A stretch of DNA of 64,000 nt from the IMG/VR virus record IMGVR_UViG_3300038829_000263, positions 79,220-143,219 of that record; one strand, written 5' to 3'. Numbering within the stretch: the first letter of the stretch is position 1; the number at the start of each line of letters is the position of its first letter. Of the stretch, positions 9,589-19,700 are shown in pieces. This stretch comes from a virus. The notes under the pieces are model-generated. The model saw nothing but the letters and a program-made list of their open reading frames with translations. It had not been told where the DNA came from and made no database searches. The position numbers and the translations under genes were made by a program.

Positions 9589-10022
9589 GGACCGGCGCCC
9601 TCACGTTCGGGATGCCGGTCGCCGTCGGCACGGCCAACGCCGAAGGCGTGGCGACTACCGTCTCGCGCTCCGACCACGTGCACGACGCCCCGGCGCCTTC
9701 GACCCTGCGCAAGAGCGTGGCGCCCACGGTCACGAGCGGCAACTTCTCCTCTACGGGCATCACGGCCGGCTTCACCCCGGCCCTGGGCGGCCACGTGCGC
9801 GTGGTCGTGAACGGCGTGGAGTACCCCGTGGGCGACGGCAACCGCCTGGACCTCGGCGGCTTCACGAACAACGTCGTGGCGTACTTCTCGGCCGACGGCG
9901 GTGCGACCGCGAAGGCGATGAGCGCGATCGTCTCCACGGACACGCTCTACTGGAACGGCACGAACGCCGGCTTCAACCTGGCGGTCACCGACGAGGTCTC
10001 CATCCACGGCGAGGCGTTCTAG
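8634..10022 (+). CDS. Tail fibre/head-fibre-like structural protein (possible second in-frame start at 8874)
   Basis: LTNLGTPTGALDATNKQYVD and DWKQSVRLAT...RVLVKNE...NNGIY...RATDFD modules; SRSDHVH. Confidence 0.8.
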   Translation: MADYLGPIQALGVPLPSGQYLGPAQFISAPLIGEQFLGPIQAFPCPLLTEQFLGPAQFTTVAIVSPQHLSPIQFFFLEVRVAGIKGKQIATGADGIATANLVDGVLSANAAGRAKIATGFFDLATVNDKFAAASIALDRLAEAVIQADGGQAFTADQSMGGFKLTNLGTPTGALDATNKQYVDGVASGIDWKQSVRLATAAALPANTPAGSGVGKTLTANANGALSVDGVAVAVADRVLVKNEAAGANNGIYTVTATGSAGAPYVLTRATDFDQDAEVTAGAATFATEGSTQADTGWVLITNDPIVVDTTALSFTQFTGTGALTFGMPVAVGTANAEGVATTVSRSDHVHDAPAPSTLRKSVAPTVTSGNFSSTGITAGFTPALGGHVRVVVNGVEYPVGDGNRLDLGGFTNNVVAYFSADGGATAKAMSAIVSTDTLYWNGTNAGFNLAVTDEVSIHGEAF

Positions 10023-10034
10023 TAGGAGGGGCCG

Positions 10035-10586
10035 GTGGGGTCAGGACCGATCGTGGACCAGGTGCCGGAGGAGACGCCGACGAGGCGCGCGCCGCGTCGT
10101 CGCCTGGACCTCCGGCAGATCGGCGGCCTCCCGCCGGTCTACTCCATCCCGCTGGCCGTCTCCCACGTCTCCCAGGGCGTCCGTGGTCTCGTTCAGCCCA
10201 CGTCCGGGATGCACGTGGGCTACCTGCTAGAGGAGGACGGCGTCGTCGGGTTCCAGGGCGTCGTGTGCCCCGACTTCGAGTTCACGGCGGCCATCCTCCG
10301 GGTCGAGTTCACATCCGTGGACACGCTCCCGGAGGATCCGTCGTGCTCGGTCTCGGCGCTCTACCTCGACAGGGCCGGGAAGGTGCACAAGCAGTTCACG
10401 CCGCCGCTCGTCGCCTGCGGGGACCTGGCCGAGTTCCACATTCCCGCCGGGCGCCTGGCGCGCTCGCGCGTTCTGACCATCGCCACGGGCTTCGCGCTCA
10501 CGTCGTTCATGCCCCAGGAGGGCGATGAGCCTGCGCGCAAGAGGCCGATCCTCTTCCGCGGCGCCTGGCTGGAGTTCCCGGAGTGA
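10035..10586 (+). CDS. Hypothetical protein
   Basis: AGGAGG RBS, GTG start, GTGA overlap with the next gene. Confidence 0.7.
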   Translation: MGSGPIVDQVPEETPTRRAPRRRLDLRQIGGLPPVYSIPLAVSHVSQGVRGLVQPTSGMHVGYLLEEDGVVGFQGVVCPDFEFTAAILRVEFTSVDTLPEDPSCSVSALYLDRAGKVHKQFTPPLVACGDLAEFHIPAGRLARSRVLTIATGFALTSFMPQEGDEPARKRPILFRGAWLEFPE

Positions 10587-10963
10587 CGACACGGCCACAG
10601 CTAAAGCAGCTAGGGCTCTTTCTGGGGCGCCTCATCGGCGCGGACTTCAACACGACGGCCGACCAGGCTATCCCCATAGGCGCGGGGCTCTACGTGCCGC
10701 GGCGGATCATCGTCACGAACCCGAGCACGAGCCTGACCCTCGCGGCGGGCGGTATCTACACGGGGGCCGGCAAGACGGGCACGATCGTCGTTCCCGCGGC
10801 GCAGGTCTACTCGGCCCTGACCGGCGCCACGAAGTTTCTGGACTTGACGCTCAACTCGCTAACCGACGTTCTCAGCGCGTCGCAGTTGCTCCTCTCCCTG
10901 ACGGTGGCCCAGGGCGCGGCCGCGACGGGCGACGTCTATCTGTTCGGAGACGTTCTGCAGTAG
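10583..10963 (+). CDS. Small beta-rich probable virion protein
   Basis: Coupled start; ADFNTTADQAI...GDVYLFG composition. Confidence 0.7.
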   Translation: MTTRPQLKQLGLFLGRLIGADFNTTADQAIPIGAGLYVPRRIIVTNPSTSLTLAAGGIYTGAGKTGTIVVPAAQVYSALTGATKFLDLTLNSLTDVLSASQLLLSLTVAQGAAATGDVYLFGDVLQ

Positions 10964-11059
10964 CCCCCCTGCCGCCTGTCCGGCATACTGGTGAGGCGGT
11001 GCGCGGCGAGTGGATCCGCCTCCCTCGCCGCGCACCGCCAAGCCTCTGGGAGGGACCCG

Positions 11060-12028
11060 GTGACGACGGCGACGCTCTACCGCGATGCGGACTACGGGGC
11101 CCTGGCCATCTACCCTGGGGCCAGCGGCCTCGTCACGATCGACCACGGGTTCCTGGCGGAGGACTTCGAAGCGGCCCTGTCCGTCCTCGAGCGCCACGGC
11201 AGGGGCGAGACGCAGCCCGGCCCGGGCGCGTGCCACTGGCGCCTGGAGAGCGCGCATCCCCTGCAGGTCATGGCCTCCGTCGATGCCGCGCTGCGCCTGC
11301 GCGGGTACGCCGACGACGCCCTTGGCGAACGCGCGATCCTGCGCGTCACGTCCCAGGAGGCCGCCCGGCCTGATTTCCCGGCGCCGGGAAAGTGGCCGTC
11401 CGGGGCCGACCTCGACGCACACGTTCGGGCGCTCATCACCCCAGCCCTGGCTGAGGCCGCGGGCGCACCCGTGCCTCAAGTGGCCGTGGCCGTCATGCCC
11501 CGCCCGAACTCGCAGGAGTCCGCCCCCTGGGCCCGCGCCCGGGCCCTGCTACCGGCCGGCGATGCCAAGGTCGTCCAGGAGCGCCTCCGGGCCGCCCTGG
11601 TCGGTCCCGTGCGCGAGATCCTGCGCCGGGCCACGGTGACCGCCTGCTCGCCCACCCTGCCCCATGGCCGGCTCCTGGCGGAGATCGCCCTCGCCATCCC
11701 CCGGGCCCTCTTGAACGAGTGGGAGAGCGCCATCCTCCCCGCCTTCCGGCCGGCCACGCACGGGTGGCGCCAGGTCTGGCTCAAGCGCGGCGAGAAGGAC
11801 GTCCCGGAGTCCTTGCTCTCCCGCGCCCGCGAGGGCGGGGCGATCGTGGGCGAGGCCCGACAGGGCCCGCGCGCTCTGGGCCTGCGCATCCCCTCGGCCA
11901 TGCCCGGGGACCACCTGGCGGACACGGCCTTCTCCGAGCGGCTCTGCTGGCTGACCGAGGCCCTGGGGGTGGAGCTCGTCGGCATCGACCCCTACCAGGA
12001 CTGGACCCCCGCCGCTGCCCACGAGTAG
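11060..12028 (+). CDS. Hypothetical protein
   Basis: GGGAGGG RBS before GTG 11060; codon bias. Confidence 0.7.
   Translation: MTTATLYRDADYGALAIYPGASGLVTIDHGFLAEDFEAALSVLERHGRGETQPGPGACHWRLESAHPLQVMASVDAALRLRGYADDALGERAILRVTSQEAARPDFPAPGKWPSGADLDAHVRALITPALAEAAGAPVPQVAVAVMPRPNSQESAPWARARALLPAGDAKVVQERLRAALVGPVREILRRATVTACSPTLPHGRLLAEIALAIPRALLNEWESAILPAFRPATHGWRQVWLKRGEKDVPESLLSRAREGGAIVGEARQGPRALGLRIPSAMPGDHLADTAFSERLCWLTEALGVELVGIDPYQDWTPAAAHE
11374..11391. repeat. Perfect 18-bp palindrome TTTCCCGGCGCCGGGAAA (dispersed motif)
   Basis: Self-reverse-complementary; variants at 30002, 43568 and 61053, weak copy at 1585. Confidence 0.8.
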
Positions 12029-12037
12029 CATGGGCGC

Positions 12038-15000
12038 ATGCCCATGCAGCCGCAAAACGAGACCTCCCGCGGCAGCCTTGCCTCCGTGACCCCGGGGTTC
12101 CTCGGGGCGACGCAGCGTGGGCGGCTCTCGGAGTTCGGCTGCGCGGGGTGCGGCTTCGCCATGCCGCGCTACCCCGGACGCTACCCCGCGGCCTGCCCCA
12201 AGTGCGGCGGGACGGTCGAGCGCCGCCAGGTGGCCGAGGCCGAGAAGATCCCCGGCGGGAAGGCGGCCGGCATGAAGCCGTCAGACTTCGACCCCGGGGC
12301 GCTCCTCGCCGGCATCCGGGTCGAGATGGAGCACACGAGCGACGCGGCCCTGGCGATGGAGATCGCGATGGACCACCTGGCGGAGGACCCGGCCTACTAC
12401 GACAAGCTCGCCACGATCCACCCGCCCGAGGAGGAGCCGGCCGAAGGCGGCGCGGGCTCGGGGTTCGTCGGCGCCCCGGACTACCCCTCCTGGCAAGGCG
12501 AGGGCGCCCCGATTCCGCTCGCCTCGCGCGCGTGCCGCATCCAGGCCCTCATCGAGGCCGGTGCGCAGGGGCGGTACCCCTACAACGCGGACCCCGACCG
12601 CTGCTCCCGCCCGCGCCGGCTCACGGCCGCCCAGGTCGAGGAGCTGTGCCCTGGCGGTGCGGCCGGCCTGCGGATGTTCCTCGAGCAGGGGAACCCCGAG
12701 AGCCGCTACTTCCGCATCGAGTCCCCGGCCGCCCCGGTGCTCATCTGCGAGTTCCACGTCGGCGGCGACCTCGTGATCTATGCGACCGTCGACCCCGTGA
12801 CTTACCTGGGCTTCGACCCGCGCCAGGAGCTCGTCTCGGAGTCCTCGCGCTGGCCGGGCACGGTCGACGTGCACGACCCCGGCCACGACATCATCGCGCG
12901 TATAGCCGGCGACAAGTTCCAGCTCGAGGACGTGAACACCTGGAAGGTCCACGGCTCTTGGCCGCTGTCCGACCTGATGAAGGACGACCCGATCAGGAAG
13001 GGCATCCGCCTGGCCGGGATCTTCCTGGACGCCTTCGTCGTCGAGCAGATCCTCCAGGCCGCCGGCGGCCGCTACCGCGAGTGGGCCAACCGCATCGTGG
13101 GCGCCATCCACGCGGCCGATGATGCGGCGCTCCGCCGGGGCCTGCGCGGCATGCGCGAGGGCGTGGACGAGGAGGTCATCAGGGCGTCGAAGGGCCTCGG
13201 TCTCTCGCGCGACGACCTCCCGCAGATCGACTCGGACAAGATCGACGACTTCCTGGAGTGGCTGCGCGTCCAGGGCATCGGCGTCTACCCGACCGAGGCC
13301 ACGGCGCGCCTTCTCCTGCCGTCCCAGGGCGAGCTGGAGTCCGACAAGATCGCCGCGATGGCGAAGGAGCCCGAGAAGCTCACGAAGGGGAAGATCATCA
13401 CGTCGGCCGACGGCTATGTGCTCGATGGCCATCATCGCTGGGCGGCCTACGTCGAGGTCTACCCCGAAGGCAACATGCCCGTCTGGCAAGTCCAGCTCGA
13501 CATCGTCACCCTCATCAACCTGGCGAAGCTGTTCCCAGGGGCGAAGGTGCGCGACATCTCCGGCAAGCGCGTGGCCGAGGCCGCTGACTCCAAGATCGCG
13601 ACGCGCCTTTCCTCGCTGGCCGCGCGACCGATGTGCCAGTTCAAGGGGCCTACCTGCGTCGGGCGCGCCTGGTGGAAGATGAACACGCCGCGCCCGTGGG
13701 GCGAGTTCGCCTGCTCGTCGTGCCTGACCGTCCTGGAGAAGGAAGCGGGCCTGGCGGAGGCCGTGAACCACGACATCGTGACGCGCGTCGTGAGCGCGAT
13801 GCGCCAGGCCAACTTGCAGCCGCGCTTCGAGGGCGGCATCGCTCCGACGCCCGACGTCGGCTACGTGCGCGCCATGGCCCTGGGCAACGTGGCGCTCGAG
13901 CTCGTGTTCGCGGGCGCGCGCCTCGTCTCCGCTTCGATCGTCCCCCCGGACGCCCCTGAGGACGACAAGGCTCAGATCCGCGCCGCGGTGATGGGCGTCC
14001 TCCCGAGCATGGCCGACATCGACTTGACCGAGAGCGCCGAGATGCCCTCGGAGCGCGAGCTGTCGGACCTGGCGACCGGCGCGACGGCAGTCACCAAGAG
14101 CGGCTCCGCGATCGAGTTCCGCTTCCCGCACGGCCGCTACGTTGAGATGGCCCACGACGCGATCCATGCGAAGTGGCCGCGCCTGGGCCTCCAGTTCTCG
14201 CAGTCGAAGAACGGGAACCCGGTCCTGATCGTCTCTCCGCCCTACGTGCCTCCGGTGCGCCGCCCGGACGCCCCGTTCTCGCTCGAGTTCTACGACGTGA
14301 GCCACGAGGGCGACGAAGCCCCCATCCTCCGTGACATCGCGGCCGCCGGCGGCAAGGTCGTGGGGCGGCACCGCTCCGGCGAGGAACTGTCGGTCGACAT
14401 CTCCGCCCCGGATGGCGAGGACGCGTTCATGGCGAAGTTCAAGCGCACGCGCTCGGCCTCGCGCCTGAACGAGGCGCGCCTGGAGGAGACGCGCTGGTCG
14501 CGCGCGGACCTGAACCGCCGGTTCAAGGGGCAGTACCACAACAAGGGCTTCGAGCTGCTCTACGGCGATGACCAGGCCGATGCCGGCGGCGGGCGCAAGC
14601 AGCCGCGCTACGCTGTCATCTCGACCTTCAAGTGGGTCGAGGCCCCGGTGAAGGGCGACTCCATCATGGACTACATGGACGAGATCGAGGCCGAGGCCCG
14701 CGACGCGATGATGGGGATGCGCGTCGTGGACGTGGGCGACGACTGGGCCGTGGTCGACATCGACTGGCGTGGGCTGGAGGAGGGCAACATGCCGGACGAC
14801 TACACTCCCTCCCAGGCCCGCGCCGCGATCCGCGGGATCATGGCCGCGCAGGAGAAGGGCGTCATCCCTGTCACGACCCAGGCCGTCGCGGCTTTCGGGT
14901 TCGGCAACCCGCGCTACACGGATCTCGCGCGCCAGGTGCTCTCGCGCCTCCAGGACCAGGGCTACGTCAGCTCCGACCGGGACCAGGGCTGGCATCTCTA

Positions 15001-16750
15001 CCAGTCGGCGAAGTACTGGCTGGCGGAGGCCGGCGGGAAGATCGTCCCCGGGGAAGGTCCCCAGGCCGGTGGCGGCGCCTGCCGCGCGGTCGGCGGCTTC
15101 CGGTTCGAGCTGGGCAAGTCGAAGAAGCGGAAGCCGCGGAAGGACGTGCAGCGCGCGATCCAGAACCGGCTCAACGCGAAGCGCGGGCTCGCGTCGCGCA
15201 TCTCGGCCGCGAAGAAGTGGCACCAGAGCTCCCAGGGCCGGCGCTACCACCGCGACCTCGGCCGCTACCTCCGCCAGGAGTCGTACTGGCCCCTGTTCGA
15301 GCGCGAGACGGAGTTCACGAACCGCTACCAGGCCCTCGGCCTCGCGGAGCCCGACCCGGCCACGATGTGCCTGGGCGCGTGTGAGGGCACGGGCATGGTC
15401 CCGGTGAACTACGCCCCTGCGAAGGCGGGTGGGATCGGCCCCGATCCCGACCTGACCTACAAGGCGGCCTGGGAAGCGGCCGAGGCCGCTAGCCCGGCGG
15501 AGGACGGATGGCACTTCGTGAAGTGCCTGGGCTGCGGCGGCTCGGGGAAGGCGACGCGCCTGAACGAGAGCCATCTGCCCCCGCTGGTAGGGTTGGACCG
15601 GGCTCGCCTGGCCGTCGAGGTGGAGCGCCGCTCGGGTCTGGACCGCGGACCGGCCGACGAGCGGCGGGTCCTCGCGGCCATCGCCGCGGTAGAAGCCGGC
15701 GACCTGAACAACCCTGACGCCGCCCTCAAGCGCCTGGTCTACGAGCTCTGGTTCTCGCTCAAGGACAACCCACTGCCTGGACTGCGCGAGGACGTGGGCG
15801 AGCGCACGGTCGATGACCGCTTCGACGAGTTCCTGCGCAAGCTCATCACGATCGAGTCGACGGACGTGCTGCAGGACGTCAACTTCACCGACGACGGCGG
15901 CATCTACCTCTTCTTCGACCCCTCGCTCTGCGGGCCCGACCTGGACGAGATCCTGATGGCGCTCCGTCAGGCCCAGGGCAGCGAGGGCGTCGAGATCGTC
16001 GGCACTCCCGACGAAGAGGACAGCGACTGGTGGGTGATCTTCTCCCCGCCGCCGACCGACTCGGCCGCGTGCGTCCCTGGCCAGGAGACACTGGACCAGC
16101 AGGCGGCGGGGGACGAGGTCCAGCCGGTCGATGGCGCGCCCGCGCCCCTGGCGAGCATGGCCGTGATGAAGCAGAACTCGGTCGACCGCCTGGCCATGAG
16201 CGTCGACATCCCGGCCCTGATGCAGGGCATCGATGGCGCCGAGGCGCAGAACGAGGCGACCGAGCGGGTCTACTACCGCATCAAGGTCGACGGCAAGTAC
16301 GTGGGTTCGCCCACGAACACCCGCACGGCGAACCCGAACCTCGCGGCGACCTGGGGGACGGACGAGCGCGACCAGGCCGAGAAGCTGGCCAAGCTCATCC
16401 CCGGCGCCGTCGTCGAGCCCTATCTCTACAAGAGCATGCTCAGCGAGTGCGGCGCGCACGGCCCTGTCATCCCCGAGGCGCTCCAGCCCCGCGAGGACGG
16501 CGTCGTCGTGCTCCTGTGGTCGGCCGTCGAGAGCCGCGTGCCCAGGTTCAAGGGCATTGCCTCGGGCGGCGCCGACCTTCACGGTCTCCGTGAGGCCGCT
16601 GCGCAGGGGAAGGGCACCCTGTTCCTCGTGCGTGCTCTGGGGGCCAGGGCCGCACGTGATACGATTCGTACTGGCAAGGGCCTGCACGAGATCGCACCCA
16701 ACGTCCTGACGAACGAGGTCGGCCTGGCGCACGTCCTCGCCGCGGAGTGA
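12038..16750 (+). CDS. Giant mosaic head-region protein (1570 aa): Zn ribbons, DUF5661-like, ParB/Srx-like, winged-helix, basic prohead-core-like and DnaJ-type Zn segments
   Basis: CAGC..CPKCG; GIRVEMEH...IAMDHLAEDPAYYDKL; LPQID...PSQGE...YVLDGHHRWAA; LSRLQDQGYV; CLGACEGTG..CLGCGGSG. Confidence 0.85.
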   Translation: MPMQPQNETSRGSLASVTPGFLGATQRGRLSEFGCAGCGFAMPRYPGRYPAACPKCGGTVERRQVAEAEKIPGGKAAGMKPSDFDPGALLAGIRVEMEHTSDAALAMEIAMDHLAEDPAYYDKLATIHPPEEEPAEGGAGSGFVGAPDYPSWQGEGAPIPLASRACRIQALIEAGAQGRYPYNADPDRCSRPRRLTAAQVEELCPGGAAGLRMFLEQGNPESRYFRIESPAAPVLICEFHVGGDLVIYATVDPVTYLGFDPRQELVSESSRWPGTVDVHDPGHDIIARIAGDKFQLEDVNTWKVHGSWPLSDLMKDDPIRKGIRLAGIFLDAFVVEQILQAAGGRYREWANRIVGAIHAADDAALRRGLRGMREGVDEEVIRASKGLGLSRDDLPQIDSDKIDDFLEWLRVQGIGVYPTEATARLLLPSQGELESDKIAAMAKEPEKLTKGKIITSADGYVLDGHHRWAAYVEVYPEGNMPVWQVQLDIVTLINLAKLFPGAKVRDISGKRVAEAADSKIATRLSSLAARPMCQFKGPTCVGRAWWKMNTPRPWGEFACSSCLTVLEKEAGLAEAVNHDIVTRVVSAMRQANLQPRFEGGIAPTPDVGYVRAMALGNVALELVFAGARLVSASIVPPDAPEDDKAQIRAAVMGVLPSMADIDLTESAEMPSERELSDLATGATAVTKSGSAIEFRFPHGRYVEMAHDAIHAKWPRLGLQFSQSKNGNPVLIVSPPYVPPVRRPDAPFSLEFYDVSHEGDEAPILRDIAAAGGKVVGRHRSGEELSVDISAPDGEDAFMAKFKRTRSASRLNEARLEETRWSRADLNRRFKGQYHNKGFELLYGDDQADAGGGRKQPRYAVISTFKWVEAPVKGDSIMDYMDEIEAEARDAMMGMRVVDVGDDWAVVDIDWRGLEEGNMPDDYTPSQARAAIRGIMAAQEKGVIPVTTQAVAAFGFGNPRYTDLARQVLSRLQDQGYVSSDRDQGWHLYQSAKYWLAEAGGKIVPGEGPQAGGGACRAVGGFRFELGKSKKRKPRKDVQRAIQNRLNAKRGLASRISAAKKWHQSSQGRRYHRDLGRYLRQESYWPLFERETEFTNRYQALGLAEPDPATMCLGACEGTGMVPVNYAPAKAGGIGPDPDLTYKAAWEAAEAASPAEDGWHFVKCLGCGGSGKATRLNESHLPPLVGLDRARLAVEVERRSGLDRGPADERRVLAAIAAVEAGDLNNPDAALKRLVYELWFSLKDNPLPGLREDVGERTVDDRFDEFLRKLITIESTDVLQDVNFTDDGGIYLFFDPSLCGPDLDEILMALRQAQGSEGVEIVGTPDEEDSDWWVIFSPPPTDSAACVPGQETLDQQAAGDEVQPVDGAPAPLASMAVMKQNSVDRLAMSVDIPALMQGIDGAEAQNEATERVYYRIKVDGKYVGSPTNTRTANPNLAATWGTDERDQAEKLAKLIPGAVVEPYLYKSMLSECGAHGPVIPEALQPREDGVVVLLWSAVESRVPRFKGIASGGADLHGLREAAAQGKGTLFLVRALGARAARDTIRTGKGLHEIAPNVLTNEVGLAHVLAAE

Positions 16751-16755
16751 TACCC

Positions 16756-19700
16756 ATGCTCGAGTCGCTCAGCCTGGCCATCCGGATCTACCGCCACCTG
16801 GCCGAGAGCACGCAGGAGGTGGCGCCCGGCGACGTGTGGGAGTGGGCCGCGGTCCGCAAGGCCCTGCTCTCCGCCCCGCACGGCCCCGGGCTCATCAAGC
16901 ACCTGGAGACCCTGGGCGAGTCCGCGCGCGAGGGCTCTCTCGCCTGGCTGCGCTCGATGGCGCCGTTCGCCCCCATGGGCCGCGTCGTCCGCCTCCCCGG
17001 CGTGGCCGAGGCGCGGGCGTTCCTGACGAAGGTCCGGGCCGAGGGCATGCTGGCCGAGCCCATGGGCGAAACGTGCGTGCAGGTCCACGACGTGGACGAG
17101 GAGGAGATCCGCCGCGCCGTCCAGGCCGCGCAGGGCGTGCTCGTCGAGACCGCGGCCTCGGCCTACAAGGCGTTCGACCACGACCTGTTCCAGAACATGC
17201 TGGACGACGGCAACTCCGTCGAGCGCGTCGAGTCCGCCATCCTCCGCGCGATCGAGTCCCGCGGCGCGGGCACGCTCGACGAGTCGTTCGTGATCGTGGG
17301 CCAGTACGCCCCCGAGGAGAAGTTCATCGGCCGCCTGGAGCGGTTCGCCGACCTCCGCCCGCGCCAGGTGCTCGGCATGGACGTGGAGCTGGCCGAAGCG
17401 CTCTACGTGGCCGGCCGCCTCCCGGCGGCGGCGCGGCCGATCGTGGCGCGCGTGCTCCACCTGACGGAGGAGACGGAGAGCGCGCCCGTGGGCGACACGG
17501 CCGCCTCCCCGGCCCAGGCCGGCACCCCGCTCGACAAGGGCGGCGTCGCGAAGGACCAGCCCGACGTCTCGGCCGGCGCCCCGGCGCAGTCGCAGGACGG
17601 CGAGAAGAAGGAAGCCGAGCAGCCGACCGACATGCGGCCCGACGAGCCCTCGGACGAGATCACCCTCCCCGACGGGACCATCGTGCCCGAGGACGTGCTG
17701 CGCCAGGCCCTGGCCCGCATGCTCGTCGTCCTCTCGACCCAGCTCGAGCAGGGCGTCGGGACAAACGGCCAGCCGAACGGCAACGGCGAGGAGGAAGGCG
17801 AAGAGGGCGAGGAAGGGGACGCGGAGGCCGACGAAGGGGAAGACGAGGACGCCGGCGCGACGCCCGCGCCCGCCGCGCCCCCGGCCGAGAAGCCCGCGGC
17901 CCAGGCGGCCGCCCAGACCGAAGGGACGATCGGTCCCAGCTTCAAGACCGGGGACGAGGTGCGACTCCCGGACGGCCGGACGGGCCGTGTCATCACGTCC
18001 GTGTTCAACGACGTCATCGTCAGGCTCGCGGACGGCAGCGAGTGGCGTGGTCCCGGCAGCACCGTCCTCAAGCTGGCCCAGACCGAGGCCGTCGTGGCCG
18101 AGGGAACGCCGATGTCCGACATGCTCAACCGCGAGTTCCCGCCTGGCAGCGTCTGGGCGGACGGCGCGGGCGAGCGCGCCCGGATCACGGGGAACGGCTC
18201 GGACGGGCTGGTGTACTACGTCGAGTTCACGCGCCTCGACCGCCTGTTCATGGGATGGTCGCACGACTACCGCACGGCGGATCAGATGATCGCCGCGAAG
18301 AAGTCGGGCGAGATCCGCATGGTCCGCAGCGAGTCCGTCGTGAAGGTCACAGAGGGCCGCAAGCACCTGATGGCGGCCGTGGCCGACCCGGCCAAGTTCG
18401 AGGTCGGCTCGTTCAAGGTCGTGGCGATCGGCGAGGGCGTCCAGGCCCAGGTCGGGCGCCTGGCGGCGACGAAGCGAGAGCGCATCCAGTCGCTCGTGTT
18501 CGACAAGGCCAAGTTCACCGAGGCCACGGCCCAGGAGTGGATCACGCGCTACCGGGCGAAGACGGTCGCCCCGGCCCGGCGGCCGGAGCTGACCGAAGCC
18601 GCCAGCCCCAACCTGAATGACCCCCTGGCGCTCTCGCGCGGGATCTTCGCGAACGCGAAGGAGCACTACGGCGCCACGCGCTCCTACCTGGGCGGCAGTC
18701 GCGGCATGCACCAGCTCCAGATCTGGTTTCCCAACAACGAGAGCGCACGGCGCTTCGTCGCAGAGATGGGCGGCGAGTGGGGTCCCAACGTCCGCATCGA
18801 AGAGTCGCTGATGAAGGACGCCAGCGTGTTCGTCGAGTGGTACAGCCCGATGTTCGAGGGCCAGCGCCTGGACGAGGACTGGTTCACGAACATGCGCGAG
18901 AGCGCGAAGGCGTTCTACGAGACGGCGTCCAAGGACGCATCCAGCGCCGCTGAGCAGCTCGGAACGAAGCCCACGTCGGCGAAGTCGTGGCCTGACATGC
19001 TGGCGCGTGCCGAGCGCCTGGGTGACCACTGCTCCGTCTCGCTCCGCCAGGCGCTCGTGATGAACCGGGAGCTCGTGCAGGCGGCGAAGGGCGCCGATGC
19101 GCTGGCTGGGGTGGAGGAGCGCACGAGGCGGTCCGTGGCCGAGGCCGAGGAGCCGGGCGACGCCGAGGAGAAGGCCGTCGGTGCTGCGGCCTGGGAGGAC
19201 GCGCGCGCGCAGGTCAGCGCGATGAAGGCCGCCGTGTTCAAGCTGGTCACGGACGACCTCGTGAAGATCGAGGCCGTGTCGAAGGCCCTCGACGCGAAGA
19301 AGGCGATGCGCGCGGCCGTCAAGCTCCGCGAGACCTTCGAGGAGCTCCACGACGAGATGAAGAAGGCGCTCGGTTCCTTCGAGGACGCCCACGACATGTT
19401 CGTGGCCGAGACGGGCGCGGAGAAGCCGGCCGAGGAGGCCCCCGCGGCCGAAGCCCCCGCCCCGGCTCCTGCAGCACCGGCTCCCGCCGCCCCTGCAGCG
19501 GAAGTCCCTGCTCCCGCGGCCCCGGCCCCTGCGCCGGCCGCGGAGGAGTCGAGGACCGACCAGGCCGTCCGGCGCCTGACCGGGTCGAACGTCGCGCGCC
19601 GCGTCGCGGAAGGCGTGATGATGGGCGAGGTCGTGGACGCGATGCGGGCCGAGTGCTCGGACCTGGGCCTGTCCGTGCGGGAGCTGGCCGAGGTCCACGA

